Below are positions 28,887-42,804 of a stretch of DNA of 64,000 nucleotides, in pieces. Numbering within the stretch: position 1 is the stretch's first letter; the number at the start of each line of letters is the position of its first letter. The translations under genes were made by a program, and so were the position numbers. This DNA comes from Eledone cirrhosa (lineage: Eukaryota), in assembly GCA_964016885.1 (NCBI GenBank), contig OZ024743.1, positions 29,512,001-29,576,000 on the forward strand, given 5' to 3'. The notes beneath the pieces are model-generated. The model saw only the letters and a list, made by a program, of their open reading frames with translations, was not told where the DNA came from and searched no databases.

Positions 28887-30493
28887 TTAATTGTAAGTTG
28901 TGATGTTGCTGTTCCACTCATATTTTCTATTTAATTTTGGTTGTAATTCTTTTATGTTTATTGCCTCTGTAATTTGTCTAAACATTGCGTCTTTTCTGTG
29001 TGTAGATTCTATTTTTATTTCTATGTTCTCTAATTTACCCTTGTGTTCTATTTTAGCATGTTGGTAGAGTACAGATGATTCTTTACTATCTTGAAGGTCT
29101 CGCCAGTGTTCATTTATCCGTTCCCCTACACTACGAGCTGTCTCACCTATGTACACTATATTTTTGTCTCTACATTGTCCTTCGGTACATCTTATGCTAT
29201 ACACTACATTTCTAGTTTTACAGTTAATATGGGGGCTTATTTTACAGGTTATACATTTCTTATCTATACATGAGGGTCTTTGAAAAGGGTATGTCTTGCT
29301 AATGAGTGTTTTTACAGAGGTACCTGGTCTTTCTACTATCTTAATATTGAGTTTATATTTATTTAGGGCCCTTCTAAATTTGTAAGCTAATTCACCTCTA
29401 GGGGTTGTATCGATGAACATTACACTCTGGTATTTATTGCTATCATACCATGAGTTTATTCTGTTAGCCTTGTTCCTAGTTCTTTCTATTCTATTCCAAA
29501 ATTTGCTCCTATTCAAGGTGCAGCTCCCATTTATGTCATTATTTACCATTTTTTCCCATTTGATTCTGGCTCCTCTGTACACTCTGATTTTATCTCTCTG
29601 ATTGTAGCCTGAGAACTGCATACGGTGGATGAAGTGTTGTATGTGTCTCTCTAGTTCTTCGGGGTTGCACATGCGGGACACGTTTCTCATCAACCGTACC
29701 AAATCCGCAATCAGTATGTTGATTTTGGTATGGTCAGAAACGGCCGAGTTTCGGTGGATCAGATGTTTGGAAGTCACGGGTTTGGCATAATGGGAATGGA
29801 GGATTTGTTTTTTTATTATTAATGGTATCTAACCAGAGCTATGTGTCTAGTACAGGTAATCGATTGTTGGGGTGTTTACTTGGGTAGTCTATAGTAACTC
29901 TAATGCTCTGGTGGATGGAGTTAGCTATTTGCTGGATGCTTTCCATTGTGGTTTTGTGTAGTTCCTGACTGTTCTCTAGTGGGGGTGTCTTAACTACGAT
30001 GTTTATATCATCAACGTAGCGGGAGTACATTATCAGGGTTAAGGGGTCTTCTAATTGTTCTTTAAGTTTAAATTTAAGTCTACTGTCCCACCATACCATG
30101 AATAAGTTAGCTATGTCGCCTGCAATGCTAACACCAATGGCTGCTCCTTCCTCTTGGGCATATGTTTTTCCATTAAATTTGAACATATGTTCCTTAAGGG
30201 TTAGTTTTATGCTGGCCCCTACCGCATGTGCAATCATTTTCTTCAGTTCATCGTGGTTTTCTGGTCCACCCGTTCCATCTATCTGTGTGGGTTTTCTTGG
30301 CCATTGAGGTAATGTTAGGTTGTCTGCCTCTTGCTGGTCTTGTAGGGCACAGGTTGCTAAGGTCATATATGTCTAGGTAATTATTACTATAGGTGAGTTT
30401 AAGTAGGAGTCCCAGCTCACGGGTATCAATCCCACGGAACTCAACATTGCTCTCACTGATCATTTCTACGCATTTCTCCACAGCAAAATCCAT
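28887..30493 (-). pseudogene. PLE RT + GIY-YIG endonuclease ORF with a TAG stop and frameshifts
   Basis: Three ORF-track pieces (30248-30493, 29839-30366, 28887-29777) join into one PLE protein. TAG after PVLDT and a frameshift in the adjacent A-run. Confidence 0.85.
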
Positions 30494-30536
30494 TTCAAAT
30501 TCAGATAAACAATCTTGCTAAACAAAGTCAGAAACG

Positions 30537-30596
<60 letters not shown>

Positions 30597-30671
30597 TGAT
30601 TGTCAGAATCAATGATAGAGGGATAGAGGGAGAAGTATATAAAGATAAACAAATTAATAGACTGATAGATC

Positions 30672-30760
<89 letters not shown>

Positions 30761-30844
30761 AAAATAATAATAGTAATATTAAGATTGGTTTATTCTTGAA
30801 CTGTATATATATATCAATAATGATCTATAATCATTATATGGAGT

Positions 30845-31345
30845 AGTTCAAATCCCGCCGAGGTTAACTTTGCCTTTCATCCTTACGGGGTCGATAAAAT
30901 AAAGTACCAGTAATATACTGGGTATTTGCTGGCCTTGTGCCAAAAAATAGAAACAATTATTATTATTATTGTGGATTGGCAGTATCGGTAGTGGGTCGGA
31001 CACCATGCTTTCCAGCATAGTTACGTCCCTTTACGATCTGAGTTCAAATCCCGCCGAGGCTGACTTTGCCTTTCATCCCTACGGGGTCGATAAAATAAAG
31101 TACCAGTAATGCACTGGGTAATTGCTGGCTTTGTGCCTAAAGTAGAAACCATTATTATTGTGGATTGGCAGTATCAGTAGAGGGTCGGACGTCATGCTTT
31201 CCAGCATAGTTACGTCCCTTTACTATCTGAGTTCAAATCCCGCCGAGGTTGACTTTGCCTTTCATCCTTGCGGGGTCGATAAAATAAAGTAGCAGTAATG
31301 CACTGGGTAATTTCTGGCCTTGTGCCTAAAGTAGAAACAATTATT
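30845..31345 (+). mobile_element. Three tandem tRNA-derived SINEs
   Basis: Repeated SINE consensus separated by (TTA)n. Confidence 0.9.
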
Positions 31346-31448
31346 ATTATTATTATTCCTTACATTCCTTACATTAAGCTACAACTATGTTGACAATCTT
31401 TAAATAATGTCTTCCTTGTGAAATTTGTGATCTTGTTTTGCTTAACTA

Positions 31449-31492
<44 letters not shown>

Positions 31493-31497
<5 letters not shown>

Positions 31498-32720
31498 AAC
31501 GAGTAGGACCCCGACGGCTGAGCTCAAGCCGTTTCGACGGCTAATTCTGGACTAAATGAAAATGTTTATCCTGGTAAATGAATAGCCGAACTTCTCAGGG
31601 GGTAATTCCATATATGGTAAAAGTGATTGTCACAAGGATTGGTCAAAAGTTTGTTGTTGAGACACATGATTCTATCATGGCATTTTGTGGAAGGTAGGGG
31701 TAGCTAAACTTGCCAGTAGAAGAAAGAGGGAGAGGGAGTGGAAGAAACCCAGTCGAGCGTTGAAAGTGACAACTACAGCAGATTCTAAGGATTTCTAGAT
31801 TTTTTAGTGGTATTTCTGCTTAAGTTTTTCGTATACCAATATTTCTGGGGTGTCGGGGGTGGGGTGGGGATCTGAATTAATATTTCGTATTAGTTTTTCA
31901 TATATATCGTACGAGCATTTATCTAGTTTGTATTAGAATTTATGTATTGTAGCAGTACTCATATATATCGTATTAGTATTCATGTTTCGGGTTTCTGAAT
32001 TAATATTTCGTATTAGTTTTGGGACTCTGAATTATTATTTTAGTATTTTGGCCTCCTACTTGTTGACCTGTCATTGTAAGATAGATTTGGCCGATTACTA
32101 CTAACTCATAAAATTCTTTCACTACAATCTCGTATTTAGTATTCCGTCCCACCTATTAAACTTTTCTATAGCTTAGCAGTACCAGTGAGAGATTTGATGA
32201 TTGTGGAAAGGGAATAGTAATCAGAAATTGTGTTTTTTTAATATTTTTAATATTTTAAATATTTTTCTATATGTTTACTCCATATAGATTTACTTATTGT
32301 TAGGACTTCCCTCCCTTCTCTAGTATACTTTTTTCAACCTCCTATCCTTAGAATCTGCTGTAGTTGTCACTTTCAACGCTCGACTGGTTTCTTCCACTCC
32401 CTCTCCCTCTTTCTTCTACTGGCAAGTTCAGCTACCCGTACCTTCCACAAAATGCCATGATAGCATCATGTGTCTCAACAACAAACTTTTGACCAATCCT
32501 TGTGACAATCACTTTTACCATATATGGAATTACCCACTGAGAAGTTCGGCTATTCATTTACCAGGATAAACATTTGCATTTAGTCCAGAATTAGCTGTCG
32601 AAACGGCTTGAGCTCAGCCGTCGGGGTCCTACTCGTTTCTATTACCCACTCTACTACCCTAAGTATTGAGTATTTTGGTGCGTTATGGTCCATCTGGTTC
32701 CTTACCACATTTCCTTCGTT
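31493..32720. repeat. Long inverted repeat (arms ~31493-31792 / 32344-32642), PLE-like, each arm with a hammerhead-like motif
   Basis: cccc-CTGAGAA-gttcggcta...tagccgtc-GAAA-cggct tgagctc agccg-TC-gggg (31509-31602 minus strand; 32533-32626 plus strand). Confidence 0.8.
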
Positions 32721-32860
32721 ATATATATATATATATATATATATAGATAGATAGATAAATACACACATACATAGACACGTACACACTCATACTCTCACAA
32801 CCCCCCACACATATATAAACATGTATATATAGAGAGATATAGTGATTGATAAAGTGATAA

Positions 32861-32910
<50 letters not shown>

Positions 32911-33143
32911 AATTTATTTATTAGCCACACGGGCACAAAGGAAGGGGACAAATACAAATGGGAAGTTTACATACAGGTATATGAAAATAAAACTATTAAT
33001 AAAATAACAAATAACAATTGATATCCCCAATAGGGGGGAGGCGTTACACAGGGATTGTACACAACCCGAAAAAATGTACAACCCTCAACTCCAGGAGCAC
33101 CAAGAGTGAGTACTCCCTTCCTCTCTTCCTCTTTTTTCTCAAC

Positions 33144-36100
33144 CTACAAGCTTATATAGAGAGAAGGCCCAACCACTCGGGCCATCTTTGCCACATTCAC
33201 CCACTTTTCATAAAGTTTTCTGGGGTACAGCACCTCTCTCTCCATCCTGATTCTTCTTCCAAAATGACATTTGAAAAAAGAATCAGTTGCTCGCCGGAGA
33301 GAAAGGTGTTTGACCTCAGCCCTTTTAACCTCGTCCACCATATAACCTCTTTCACCATAGCCATAACACATAGGAAAACCGTCTCTCCCTTGTTTTTGAA
33401 GGACGGTGGAGGTTTGATCATGACAATGGACTCAGTGGTCAACTGGATTGGTCCCACCCGCGACAATAGTCATTCTACATAGCCCCACATTTCGGTAACG
33501 TCCGGGCAGTGTACAAATGCGTGCGCGACGAGGAAGCGGTGGCGCACGCATTTTCACACTGCCCGGGCGTTATATTTTTCGAAGGGTCCCTACCCGGGCG
33601 CCCGTGTCTTTAGAGCTTGTCTCGAACTGGTAGAGCTCCTCGGTAGCACTGCCAGGCCAGGGACTTTTGTAAGTTGTCCATTGGTCCCGGACGGAAGGTC
33701 CTACCGAACAGACTGGCCAGTTCGTCCTCCTCTACGCCTAGAGTTTCTCCGAGCATGTCGTCGCACTTGCTGCGGGCCAACCCTCTATAGAATGTCGAAA
33801 TGGAGTAACCACTGATCGCCGGGTCCGTTTGCCAGAGGACTGTGAGCGCCTGAGCAGATTCGATGTGCCAGTCGCCCATTTTCCTCGGTCTTTGCTTGAC
33901 CCAGGACTGCAGCTCCGTCAGCGAGACGAGTCGTGGGAAGGCTCGCCTCACGAACGGGCCCCACACCGGTTGTCTGGTGAGGAATACGTGGAGGTGCCGC
34001 AGCATGAGCGCGTGTTTGCGCTTCGTCAGCCACGGCATACCCAGCCCTCCGTTTGAAGGGTGTTGGCAGCAGATGGATCTTCTCACCAAAGGAGCCCGTT
34101 TCTTCCAAAGGAATTGGAAGAGCGCGCGCTCCATTTTGGTGAGCATTTTGGCTGGAAAAGGCACGCCGGTCAAGCGGTAGTAGATGACGGACGCTATAAA
34201 AGTGTTCGCCACCTTCGCTCGACTTTTCAGGATAGTTTGCACTCGGCCCACTTCTGGGTGAGCGCAAACACCTTGGCCGTCACCTCGTTCCAATTCTTCT
34301 CCACCTGGAGGTCCGGACCAAACCAGATCCAGAGCAGCTTTACCGGTCCACGTCCAGCGTCCGACGACGCCATCGGAAGGCATCGGTTTGCTTCTCCACG
34401 TTCCGAGTTGCAAACCGACGGATTTGTCCAGGTTCAGCTTCGCTCCTGTGAACCTTTCGTATTCCTCCAGTAAGGTGCCGATCTCCCCGATTTGCGAGGT
34501 GCTCGACACCATTACTGTCATGTCGTCGGCGTAGGCCGACGCCGCTTTTCGCAGTGCCGGTACCAAAAGGAAACCTTGCAATAGCTCCAACTTCCGCAGT
34601 AGTGGCTCGAGAGTCAGTACGTACAGAAGGGAGGAGAGAGGGCATCCTTGTCGGATGGATCGGCTGATACGGAACGGCTCCGAGAGGTGCCGTTCACCTT
34701 GACCCTTGAATAGATGTTGCTGCTGTGCATTGCAGCAATCCAGCCCCTGAACACTGGTCCGAAGCCTGCCGCCTCGAGTGCTGCATCCAGGTAACGATGG
34801 TCAACCCTACCCTCTCTATGATGTATCGCATGTCGTGCATGGACCTATTCGGGATTGCGCAGGTTTGCGCTTCGCCCACCAGGTTTTTGACGACAAGCGC
34901 CAGCCTCTTTGCCAACACTTTGGCCAAAATCTGTAACTCTGTGTTGAGCAGAGTTATGGGCCGGAAGTTTCCTATGTCATCGCCCTTATTCTCGTCCTTC
35001 CTGACTAACGTGATTACGCCCTTTGTCACAGAACTGGGAATGCTCCTGTTCTGCTGCAGTTGCAGTAGACCGCTTCCAGGAGACCGGAGAACAAGTCTGG
35101 CATTGCTACGTAAAATTCGTAGGGTAGACCGTCGAGACCTGGAGATTTGCGTTTGCCGCATTGGCTCAGCTCGCCCTCTATCTCAGCGGCCGAAATCGGC
35201 TTTTCGCAGAACTTCGCCTCGGTGTCCGAGAGTCGAGGTATGGACCGAAATCCATAGCCCCTCTCGGCGCGCCGCCCTGCCCGAACAGTTGAGCAAAGTG
35301 CCGCTGAAAGGCCGCGCACATTCGCTTCGGCTCACGTATGATGCGTCCGTCTTGGTCCTTCAAAGACCGAATCGTGGACTTGTTGCCACTTTTCGCCTCC
35401 GTCACTCGGGCTCAGCTAACAGCTTTGGCTCCCTCGTTTCCCAGAGCACGTATTTTGCTTCTGACAACGCAACCTTCATGCTTTGCGTCGAAGAACTGGT
35501 CCAAGCCCGTTCTCGTCGCTAGCACGCTGGCTACGTTGCCACTCCTAAGTGCCTCTTCTACTTTATCTACCAGTTCCTTTTCGGTCTTATTTCTATCTAA
35601 CACTAATTCTTTACTGAAACCTATTGAGTCTAATCTAACTGCCCTCTTGAGAGAGTACCACCATCTGTTGTTGACAATGGCCCCCGTAAAGTGCTTAACT
35701 AATGTGCTAATCCGTCTAATGTAGGCTTTGCATGTCGGTAAGGAAAAGTTCAGTTTCCAGTAGCCGGGTCCCTGTCTATGTGTTTTTTCAAGGTTGACTA
35801 AGCAGGTCACTAATTTGTGATCTGAATAGGCAACCATGAACATTTGTGGACAATTTAACATGTCCCTATCCTTCTTTCTAACTAGAACCCTATCTAGGTA
35901 CGATCTAAATGTTCCGCTACGATTAGTCCACGTCTATACTGGCACAGTCGTAAAATCTAGTCGATATCTATCGGCCAGGTCAAATCGGCCGATTAACTGT
36001 TCGCGGCTCTTACAACCCCCTCTATCGGGACATACTCCCACATAGTCCCAACGTGCATCTAGAATTCCATTCCAGTACCCCCACTAACAGCAGGGAGCGG

Positions 36101-36497
36101 GACGTTCCCAGACAAGTCTCTAGACGTTTGAAGAAGTCTGGCCGCGGTGTCCCGGATGGGGCATATGCGGCCACCATCCTGAAGGCTCCACCTTCACTAA
36201 CGTCAACATCTAGGACCACCAGTCGACCCTCCGGGTCCAGATGTACCGTCTGTGTTACGGGTCCAGGTGTTTCCGCAGCAAAACGGCAACGCTGCCTCCA
36301 CCTCCCGGCTGACAGAGAGATGCGTAGATGTCAAAGTCGTCGAAGATGGGGACCAGTTGTCGCTCGCTGTTGATTCTGGACTCGCAAATGGTTACTACAT
36401 CCATACTGTGCGACCTGAGGTCGTTTAAGAGTTTGCTCTGTTTCCAGGGAATCCCCAGGCCGCACACATTCACACATCCCACTCTTATATTGGCCAT
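33144..36497 (-). pseudogene. Tx1/L1 ORF2 (endonuclease + RT), multiple frameshifts
   Basis: MANIRVGCVNVCGL, YAPS, SDHKLV, GPGYWKLN, KSPGLDGLPYEFY, NFRPITLLN, YADD and GGLGMP spread over several frames. Confidence 0.9.
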
Positions 36498-37178
36498 GCC
36501 GGTGCTGAAAAGTTAAAAGAAGAGGAAAAGAAATCAATTACCTCTTCGTTTCCTGGGGACTAGGCTGCACAATTTCCATGGGGGTGTTTGAGGGGTTGTT
36601 TGGTGGGGTGGTGGTCTCTAGCGGGGTGTGGACGGGATGCCAGGTCAGGTTGGTGTGTGTGGGGTGGGAGTGTCTAGGGTGGGGCTGGGAAACATTTCAA
36701 AAGGACGCGGTTATAGGGTTTGACGCAAGGGTTTCTTACGTTGTTAGGAATTTTTTCTTTTAACTGTTTATGTGTGTCCATGGAGATCCTAATCATTTTA
36801 AGATTAGGATTCTCCGAAGAGTGTATAAAAGTTTTCCCTTCGGTGGAAACCGAAGGGTTTTTATATATGGTGTCTGTTAAAGTTTTATTGTTAGTATTTA
36901 TGTAGGTGTAACATTTTTGTTGTGTTGTATTGCTTTGTTTCTGTGGTTCTTTTGTGTGTTGACGTTTTGTAGTAGGTGTTTTGTTTTCAGGAGGGGTGTT
37001 TTTGTTTGTGCTGTTTGCGTCGCTTGTATTGGTGTTTGTGTGTTTGTTGCATTTTTGTTTGTGTTATGTCTTTTCTTTTTTCTTTTTACTGGTCGGAAAC
37101 GCTCTCCCTCATCGTCACTGGGTGACGATGATGAGGCCCCATCCGTGTTGTTGGGGAGGGGTACATTTTGGGGAGCTG

Positions 37179-37961
37179 TTATGTGTGTGGGTGTTTCTGG
37201 AGTTGTTTTAGGTGGAGAGGGGTTGGGTGGGACTGTGTTGGCAGTTTGGTTTGTTTTGTGTGTTGTTGTTGTTGTGGTGGTGGTGGTTGTGTTGTTGTGT
37301 TGGGTGTCGGCAGTAGTGCCTTTTTTAATGCAGTTAATTGAGGACAGGAAGCCCTCAGGTTACCACTGCTTAAACAGTGGTAACATGAAGACCGTCTACC
37401 CTCAACAGAAATGTTTATGTAGGAATTTCCATTCAGAGGCACACGTTGTGGTATTCTAGCCATCCGTTCAGGTCTCATTTGAACCAGAACTTCTAAGCTT
37501 GTACCGTTGAATATGCACCTGGACGACTTTCCTACCGAAATTACTGTATCTTCATCAAAATTGATGAAACCAGCTAATATCCACCAGATGTTTACATCTG
37601 GTGTGATATTTGTTACTTTTATTTTTTGGGTCCTTTTTCCCATATATGTGGGGAAAAGGGTGTAGAGGGGGGACACAAATGGCGACACGGAATATTTCTG
37701 TGCCGTCAATTGGTCTTTCATTATTATTGATAAACTCCCGAAGAGTTTTCCCTTCTGTATGAAGGTAATGTCCTTCATGGATTTTCTTAGAACCAGCTCA
37801 ATTTCGTTTTGAGTTAATTGAGCTGGTTTTCTGGTGGTATTTGAGATTGTCCTAAAAACTATGGTTTTTAGAACAGTGTCTCTACGCAATTCTTGGGGAG
37901 AAGTGATGCTAAAAGCGCCATTGTCCCCAAAAGTTATATATTGCTTGGCATCTCTTAGCAA
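37179..37961 (-). pseudogene. Tx1-type ORF1 (gag-like) fragment with CCHC-like knuckle
   Basis: VEGRRSSCYHCLSSGNLRASC, located upstream of ORF2 and followed by a low-complexity T/Q/P tail. Confidence 0.7.
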
Positions 37962-39269
37962 TTCTCCGGCATTAGAGATGTCAATATGTGTATATAGTTC
38001 TGTCTTTTCGACAGTTTGTGTATACGAAACCTTTTTTTCCTTGTTTGTGAAGTTGTTCTTGTTGGTGTTGTTGTCATCATTGTTGCTGTTGTTGTCATTG
38101 TTGTCGTTGTTGTTGTTGTTGTTGGTGGTGGTGTTGTTGTTTTTGTAGTTCTATAGATAATAGATAGATAGATAGATAGAGTGAGTGGAAGATAGAAGGA
38201 GGTGAAATGTTTTGAGATTGTAAATGAGATTATATTTAATGTAAGTAGAGGAGATATAAGTAGATAGTTTTCATGAATTAAGATTAACGAAACTACACGC
38301 AAGGTTATGAAGAGGGGGATGGGTGAGGGAGAGTACGAGTGAGAAAGAGGAAAAGATTGGGTGAAAGAAAATGCAAATGGGACGAAGAGAGAGGGAAGGG
38401 CTTTTGTGTGGATAAAATTTAAACAAGTGTGGAGGAGAGTAAAAGAGAGTAGAAGAGAAAATAGTGAGAAGAGAGAAAACCAAGAGAGAGAGCAGAAAAA
38501 TCATGAGTTCGAGAGAGAGAGAGTTCGAGAGAGAGAGAGACAGAAGTATTGAGAGTGGAAAATATAAGAGAGTGAGAGAGCGAAAGAGTGAAGAAGGGAG
38601 CTAGCCCGTGTATCTATGTATTTATATGATTTAGAAATAATGGCAGTAATTGAAGAGAAATTTTATTTCAGGAATAAAAAAGATAAAAGTGAAACGCGTT
38701 ATCGAAGTTGACGTCAGTCTATTGTGGAATGCTAACAATAGGCCTAAGGGAAAATACCTCAGGGAACTGCCTTGCATACTAAACTAAAATACGGCTGGGT
38801 TTATTCTATATTCTGCGAAATGGCGAATGATAGAATGGTGTATGCATTGTACATATCTAAAAAAAAATGAAAAAAAATAACGATAAAGAATGTAACTCCA
38901 AATTTATTTGACTGAAATTTTGGGCAAATATAGAAAATACAGTAACAGGAATCTTTAAATGGATTAAATGGAGCTCCGTAGATGTGGTTTGAAGCTGTGT
39001 TTAATAGCTAGGCTAGCTCTAATCTAACAGATATGTGATCAATAATGTTTCAGCTTTGACTGTGATATAGTTTAGTACATATCTAAGATATAGTGTTCAG
39101 TGTATCATTCCTATTTTGAACATGTCAATTTAAAACGTGGGAAATGTGGCCGAAAAATCTGGCATATCAGGTGAAACTATAACAACCTTGGGATTGATAC
39201 TTTATATGCGGCAATCTCTCTCTTGCTAGAATTTAAAAACCGTGATTTTCGGTGACATACACGGTCTAG

Positions 39270-39600
39270 TCTCTTGCCCAGAGATGAGTTACCACTTCAG
39301 AAAATCCTTTTCTATCATTACTATAATGATAATAAAGTGGAAGACACTCAACCGCCTGAGAACAGGAATGGGGTGATCAAAAGCTGCTATGGCCAGATGG
39401 GGCTACAATACCGGCCCAACCATCTGCGAATGCGGAGAGGAGGACCATACGATGCAGCACTGCCTTGTTTGCCCTCTACTACCCAACCAGTGCAGCTTAA
39501 AAGATCTCGCAGAATTTAATAATAATGCAAAGGACTGTGTAAAGAAATGGGAAACTGTCATATAACCACATGCTTCGAATATACGAAAAGAAGAACTACA
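39270..39600 (+). mobile_element. Ingi/Vingi-type LINE 3' fragment
   Basis: A frame absent from the ORF track reads KWKTLNRLRTGMG*SKAAMARWGYNTGPTICECGEEDHTMQHCLVCP (C-terminal zinc finger). Ends acgaaaagaagaa. Confidence 0.7.
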
Positions 39601-41080
39601 ATGATCTGTGAGTCTCTGAGCTGACTGGTCTCGCCACATCGCCCCTCAAGCAGTCTCGACTCACTCATCTCACCTCCTAACATCACCCATTCTGTGTCCA
39701 ATTCAACAGGCACCACAATAATCACTCCACCCTGACCTTCTTGCTAATAACAACACCATTAGTCCGATGCGGAAAATGTTAATATATATATATATAACTC
39801 GTGGCATATCAACAAAACCCCCGCATCAGTTTAAAATTCCAGTCAGATTCTCTCCGACTCAGAACATCAGTATAAATATTATGGTAAAAGATACGCATAT
39901 ATTCACTATACGAAATTGTTACTCAGTGCATTAGCACTAGTTTACTACTAAAAGGAAAAAGAAAATGTGTTTCGTATGATATACTCTGAATGAATATTTC
40001 AAAAATCAACTACCTGTTGTACAACTATCTCCATTGCTATTGAAATGAAAGTATCTAAATATTACTAAATTCTATTTAGTTCTGTCTACTTCTCTCTTCA
40101 TGCTGAAATATGTTTCCTAGCAACAGTAGCTCTTTCTCTCGTCTTTGGAAACACGCCTCTCTCTTTCGTCACTACTGGTCACTCTTCCTGTTATGATCTC
40201 TATCTCTGACTCTGCATATCTTTGACTAGCTCCCTCTAGCTCATTTAGTTTCTCACCTACTCCCTTCCTTTAATAATTTCTTTGCCTCATTCTACCTCTT
40301 TCTGCCTAGTGACTTCCTTCATCCCATCATGATCTTAAATTTAATTTGATTAAAAAAAAATATGTACAGTACTGACCGTAATAATGGTGATTGCTAAGAA
40401 GGCGTGGCTAGTAATATGTGAAACAAATTCTGATGCTGTCTGGCTGTTTATTAAAGGGATTTAATGTGGTTCGTCATACAATCATGTGGTGGTAATTAAT
40501 AATTTAATTAATTCTTCAAATAAAGTTTAAACTAATTAGCCGATTATGAAATTGAAAAAGGGCAATTTATTGTTCCAAATGTTGCAGTCAAAAACGTAAT
40601 AATCTAATGGTTGTCTGTTGGATGCGAACCAATAAATATTTCCTTATCTGCTCAATCGACATTACGACTGGGTTTAAATTGTTAACGCCAAACTTTGTTG
40701 AAAAGTCTCAAAGGATTACACAAATGTGGTAAATGACGTTTGTCTCTTCAAATATTCCCACATTTTATGCACTGCATAATTACAATACAACATCCACAAC
40801 AACAACAACAATAACAGTAATAATAATAATATCAATAATAATAATAACAATATCAATAATAATAATAATTGTTATTATTATTGTTATTAGTATTACTATT
40901 ATTATTCTGCTTTGGGGATATTAGCTCTCAATTAAAATTAAAGAAATATATTTATATATATAGTAAAAACATAAAACTTACATTCAGCGACAGTATTGTA
41001 TGACACAATCAGAGAAATAAACGTATCACACACGTATAACCTATCATTTTATTTTCCATAAGTCATATACTGACACACAC

Positions 41081-41138
<58 letters not shown>

Positions 41139-41471
41139 ATGTTGCGTTCTTAAAAAGAAGTATGGCAACATACAAAACAATAATATGAGATTTGGTAAAG
41201 TCTCCATCTGTCTCGACGATGAGCTTTCTATTGTTCAACCAATTGAATGTCTATTCGTCAATTTAAGGAATAATCGACTATATATTCCATATATTGCAAA
41301 TGAGAGGCTGTATGTTTTGAATTATTGGTGGAATCCACAAACAGAGATGAACGGACCACTGTACTTGATAGATACGTTGTTTAACAACCCCATCTCTCCT
41401 ATGTGAGGAAACATGTTCAACAGTCATGCCAAATGGTCATTAATTACTTTATTTTCTAGAATATATAGATC

Positions 41472-41780
41472 TAATCTCATCTCATCTCTTCTGTCCCGTA
41501 GTCTGGTGAACCGTTAGGGCGCCACAGATGACTTGACAACCAGCTCCTTCCATTCCTCTAGCATCTCCGCCTTCCTCATGGGTGCACACAGCTTCATGCC
41601 GGGCCATTCCAGGATGTTGTCCTCTCATCTCTTTTTCTGTCTGCCTCAATTCCTCCCTCCTTGTACTGTTCCCTGTATGACTGTCTTAAAAAGCTCTGAA
41701 GATTTTGTCACGTGCCCCTAACATCTCAATATGCGTTGTTTTCAATGGTCAGTAGGTCTCCGTAGGGCCGATGGCTTGAT
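41472..41780 (-). mobile_element. RTE LINE 3' fragment (second family) with (GAGAT)n tail
   Basis: Minus strand translates TVQGGRN*GRQKKR*EDNILEW, a typical RTE C-terminus. Confidence 0.75.
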
Positions 41781-42392
41781 AGATAGGAGTGTAAAAACAT
41801 ATTGAGATTTGAGTTCAGAGCGTAGAAAGCCATTCCAACTGATAGAAAATGTGAATATGTGCGACATTACCACAGTTCCACAGTTTTGTGATAAGAGAGA
41901 CAATCATACTGCCAACCAAAACTACATTCTCAAATATATGATTGTAATGTAGTAACAGTAAAATAGGTTAAAAAATATTCACATTATTTTCCAGCTTGGA
42001 TACATATAGGATTAAATATTTCGCCATGAGCAATTCACAAACTTCTAAAAATGTTTCTTTTACGTTTCCAACACATATATACACATATGTACACAGCCAG
42101 ATGTATATATAATCAGACATACATACAGACATGTACACACAGAACCCACCACACACACACACACATACACACACACACAGACAAAACAAACACACACACA
42201 CGCGCGCACATAACAATGTAAACCTTTTTAAAATATAGAAATGGTCTCTTCATGACTAGAACTGTTGAAGCCATTTCTGTATTCAAAATGTATACATTGC
42301 TACGTATTGAGTTCCTTACCTGCTGTGGTTACCCCTCGATTGAACCCGCAATACACACACACACACGCACACGCACACACGCACACGCACAC

Positions 42393-42468
<76 letters not shown>

Positions 42469-42701
42469 TCGTGTCTTCTGCCATACTACCAGTATATATA
42501 TTTATATATATGTGTGTGTGTGTGTGTGTGAATTCGGTACAATGCAGATAACTATAAGAGTAGTTGAATCAGGTAAAGTACCCCTGGAGAGGAAAACTAT
42601 TTGGAAAGAGAGGTCTGCGTGTATTCTAAACCCCATCTCTCCTAAGCCGGGGACCGCGATTAGCCATTTCCCCAAATGATCTCTGGATGCTAATTAGCAT
42701 G

Positions 42702-42804
42702 ATTCTAGACCATATACGGGGTCGATAAAATAAAGTACCAGTAATACACTGGAATAATTTCTGGCCTTGTGCCAAAAGTAGAAACAATTATTCTAGACCA
42801 TATA
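42702..42804 (+). mobile_element. 5'-truncated SINE with 15-bp target-site duplication
   Basis: attctagaccatata flanks the SINE 3' half on both sides. Confidence 0.85.

Larger units (their letters stand above)
28489..30540 (-). mobile_element. Naiad-type Penelope-like retroelement, 5'-truncated and decayed
   Basis: RT motifs QEEGAAIGVSIAGDIANLFMVWWD, RYVDD and DYPSKHPNNRLPVLD. Then linker C-x4-C-x2-C and GIY-YIG (NVVYSIRC, YIGETARS, RQITEA). 3' UTR hammerhead and (TA)n flanks. Confidence 0.85.
32908..38608 (-). mobile_element. Tx1/L1-clade LINE, near full length and decayed
   Basis: CT-rich 5' UTR, ORF1 with a zinc knuckle, then ORF2 with APE endonuclease, RT and zinc finger. 3' end has AATAAA adjoining (TATC)n. 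Confidence 0.85.

Noticed and set aside
28887-30493. Selenocysteine (TGA) recoding as reported for some Naiads
   Set aside because: The interruptions I could trace are a TAG and frameshifts, and the conserved Cys positions are ordinary Cys codons.
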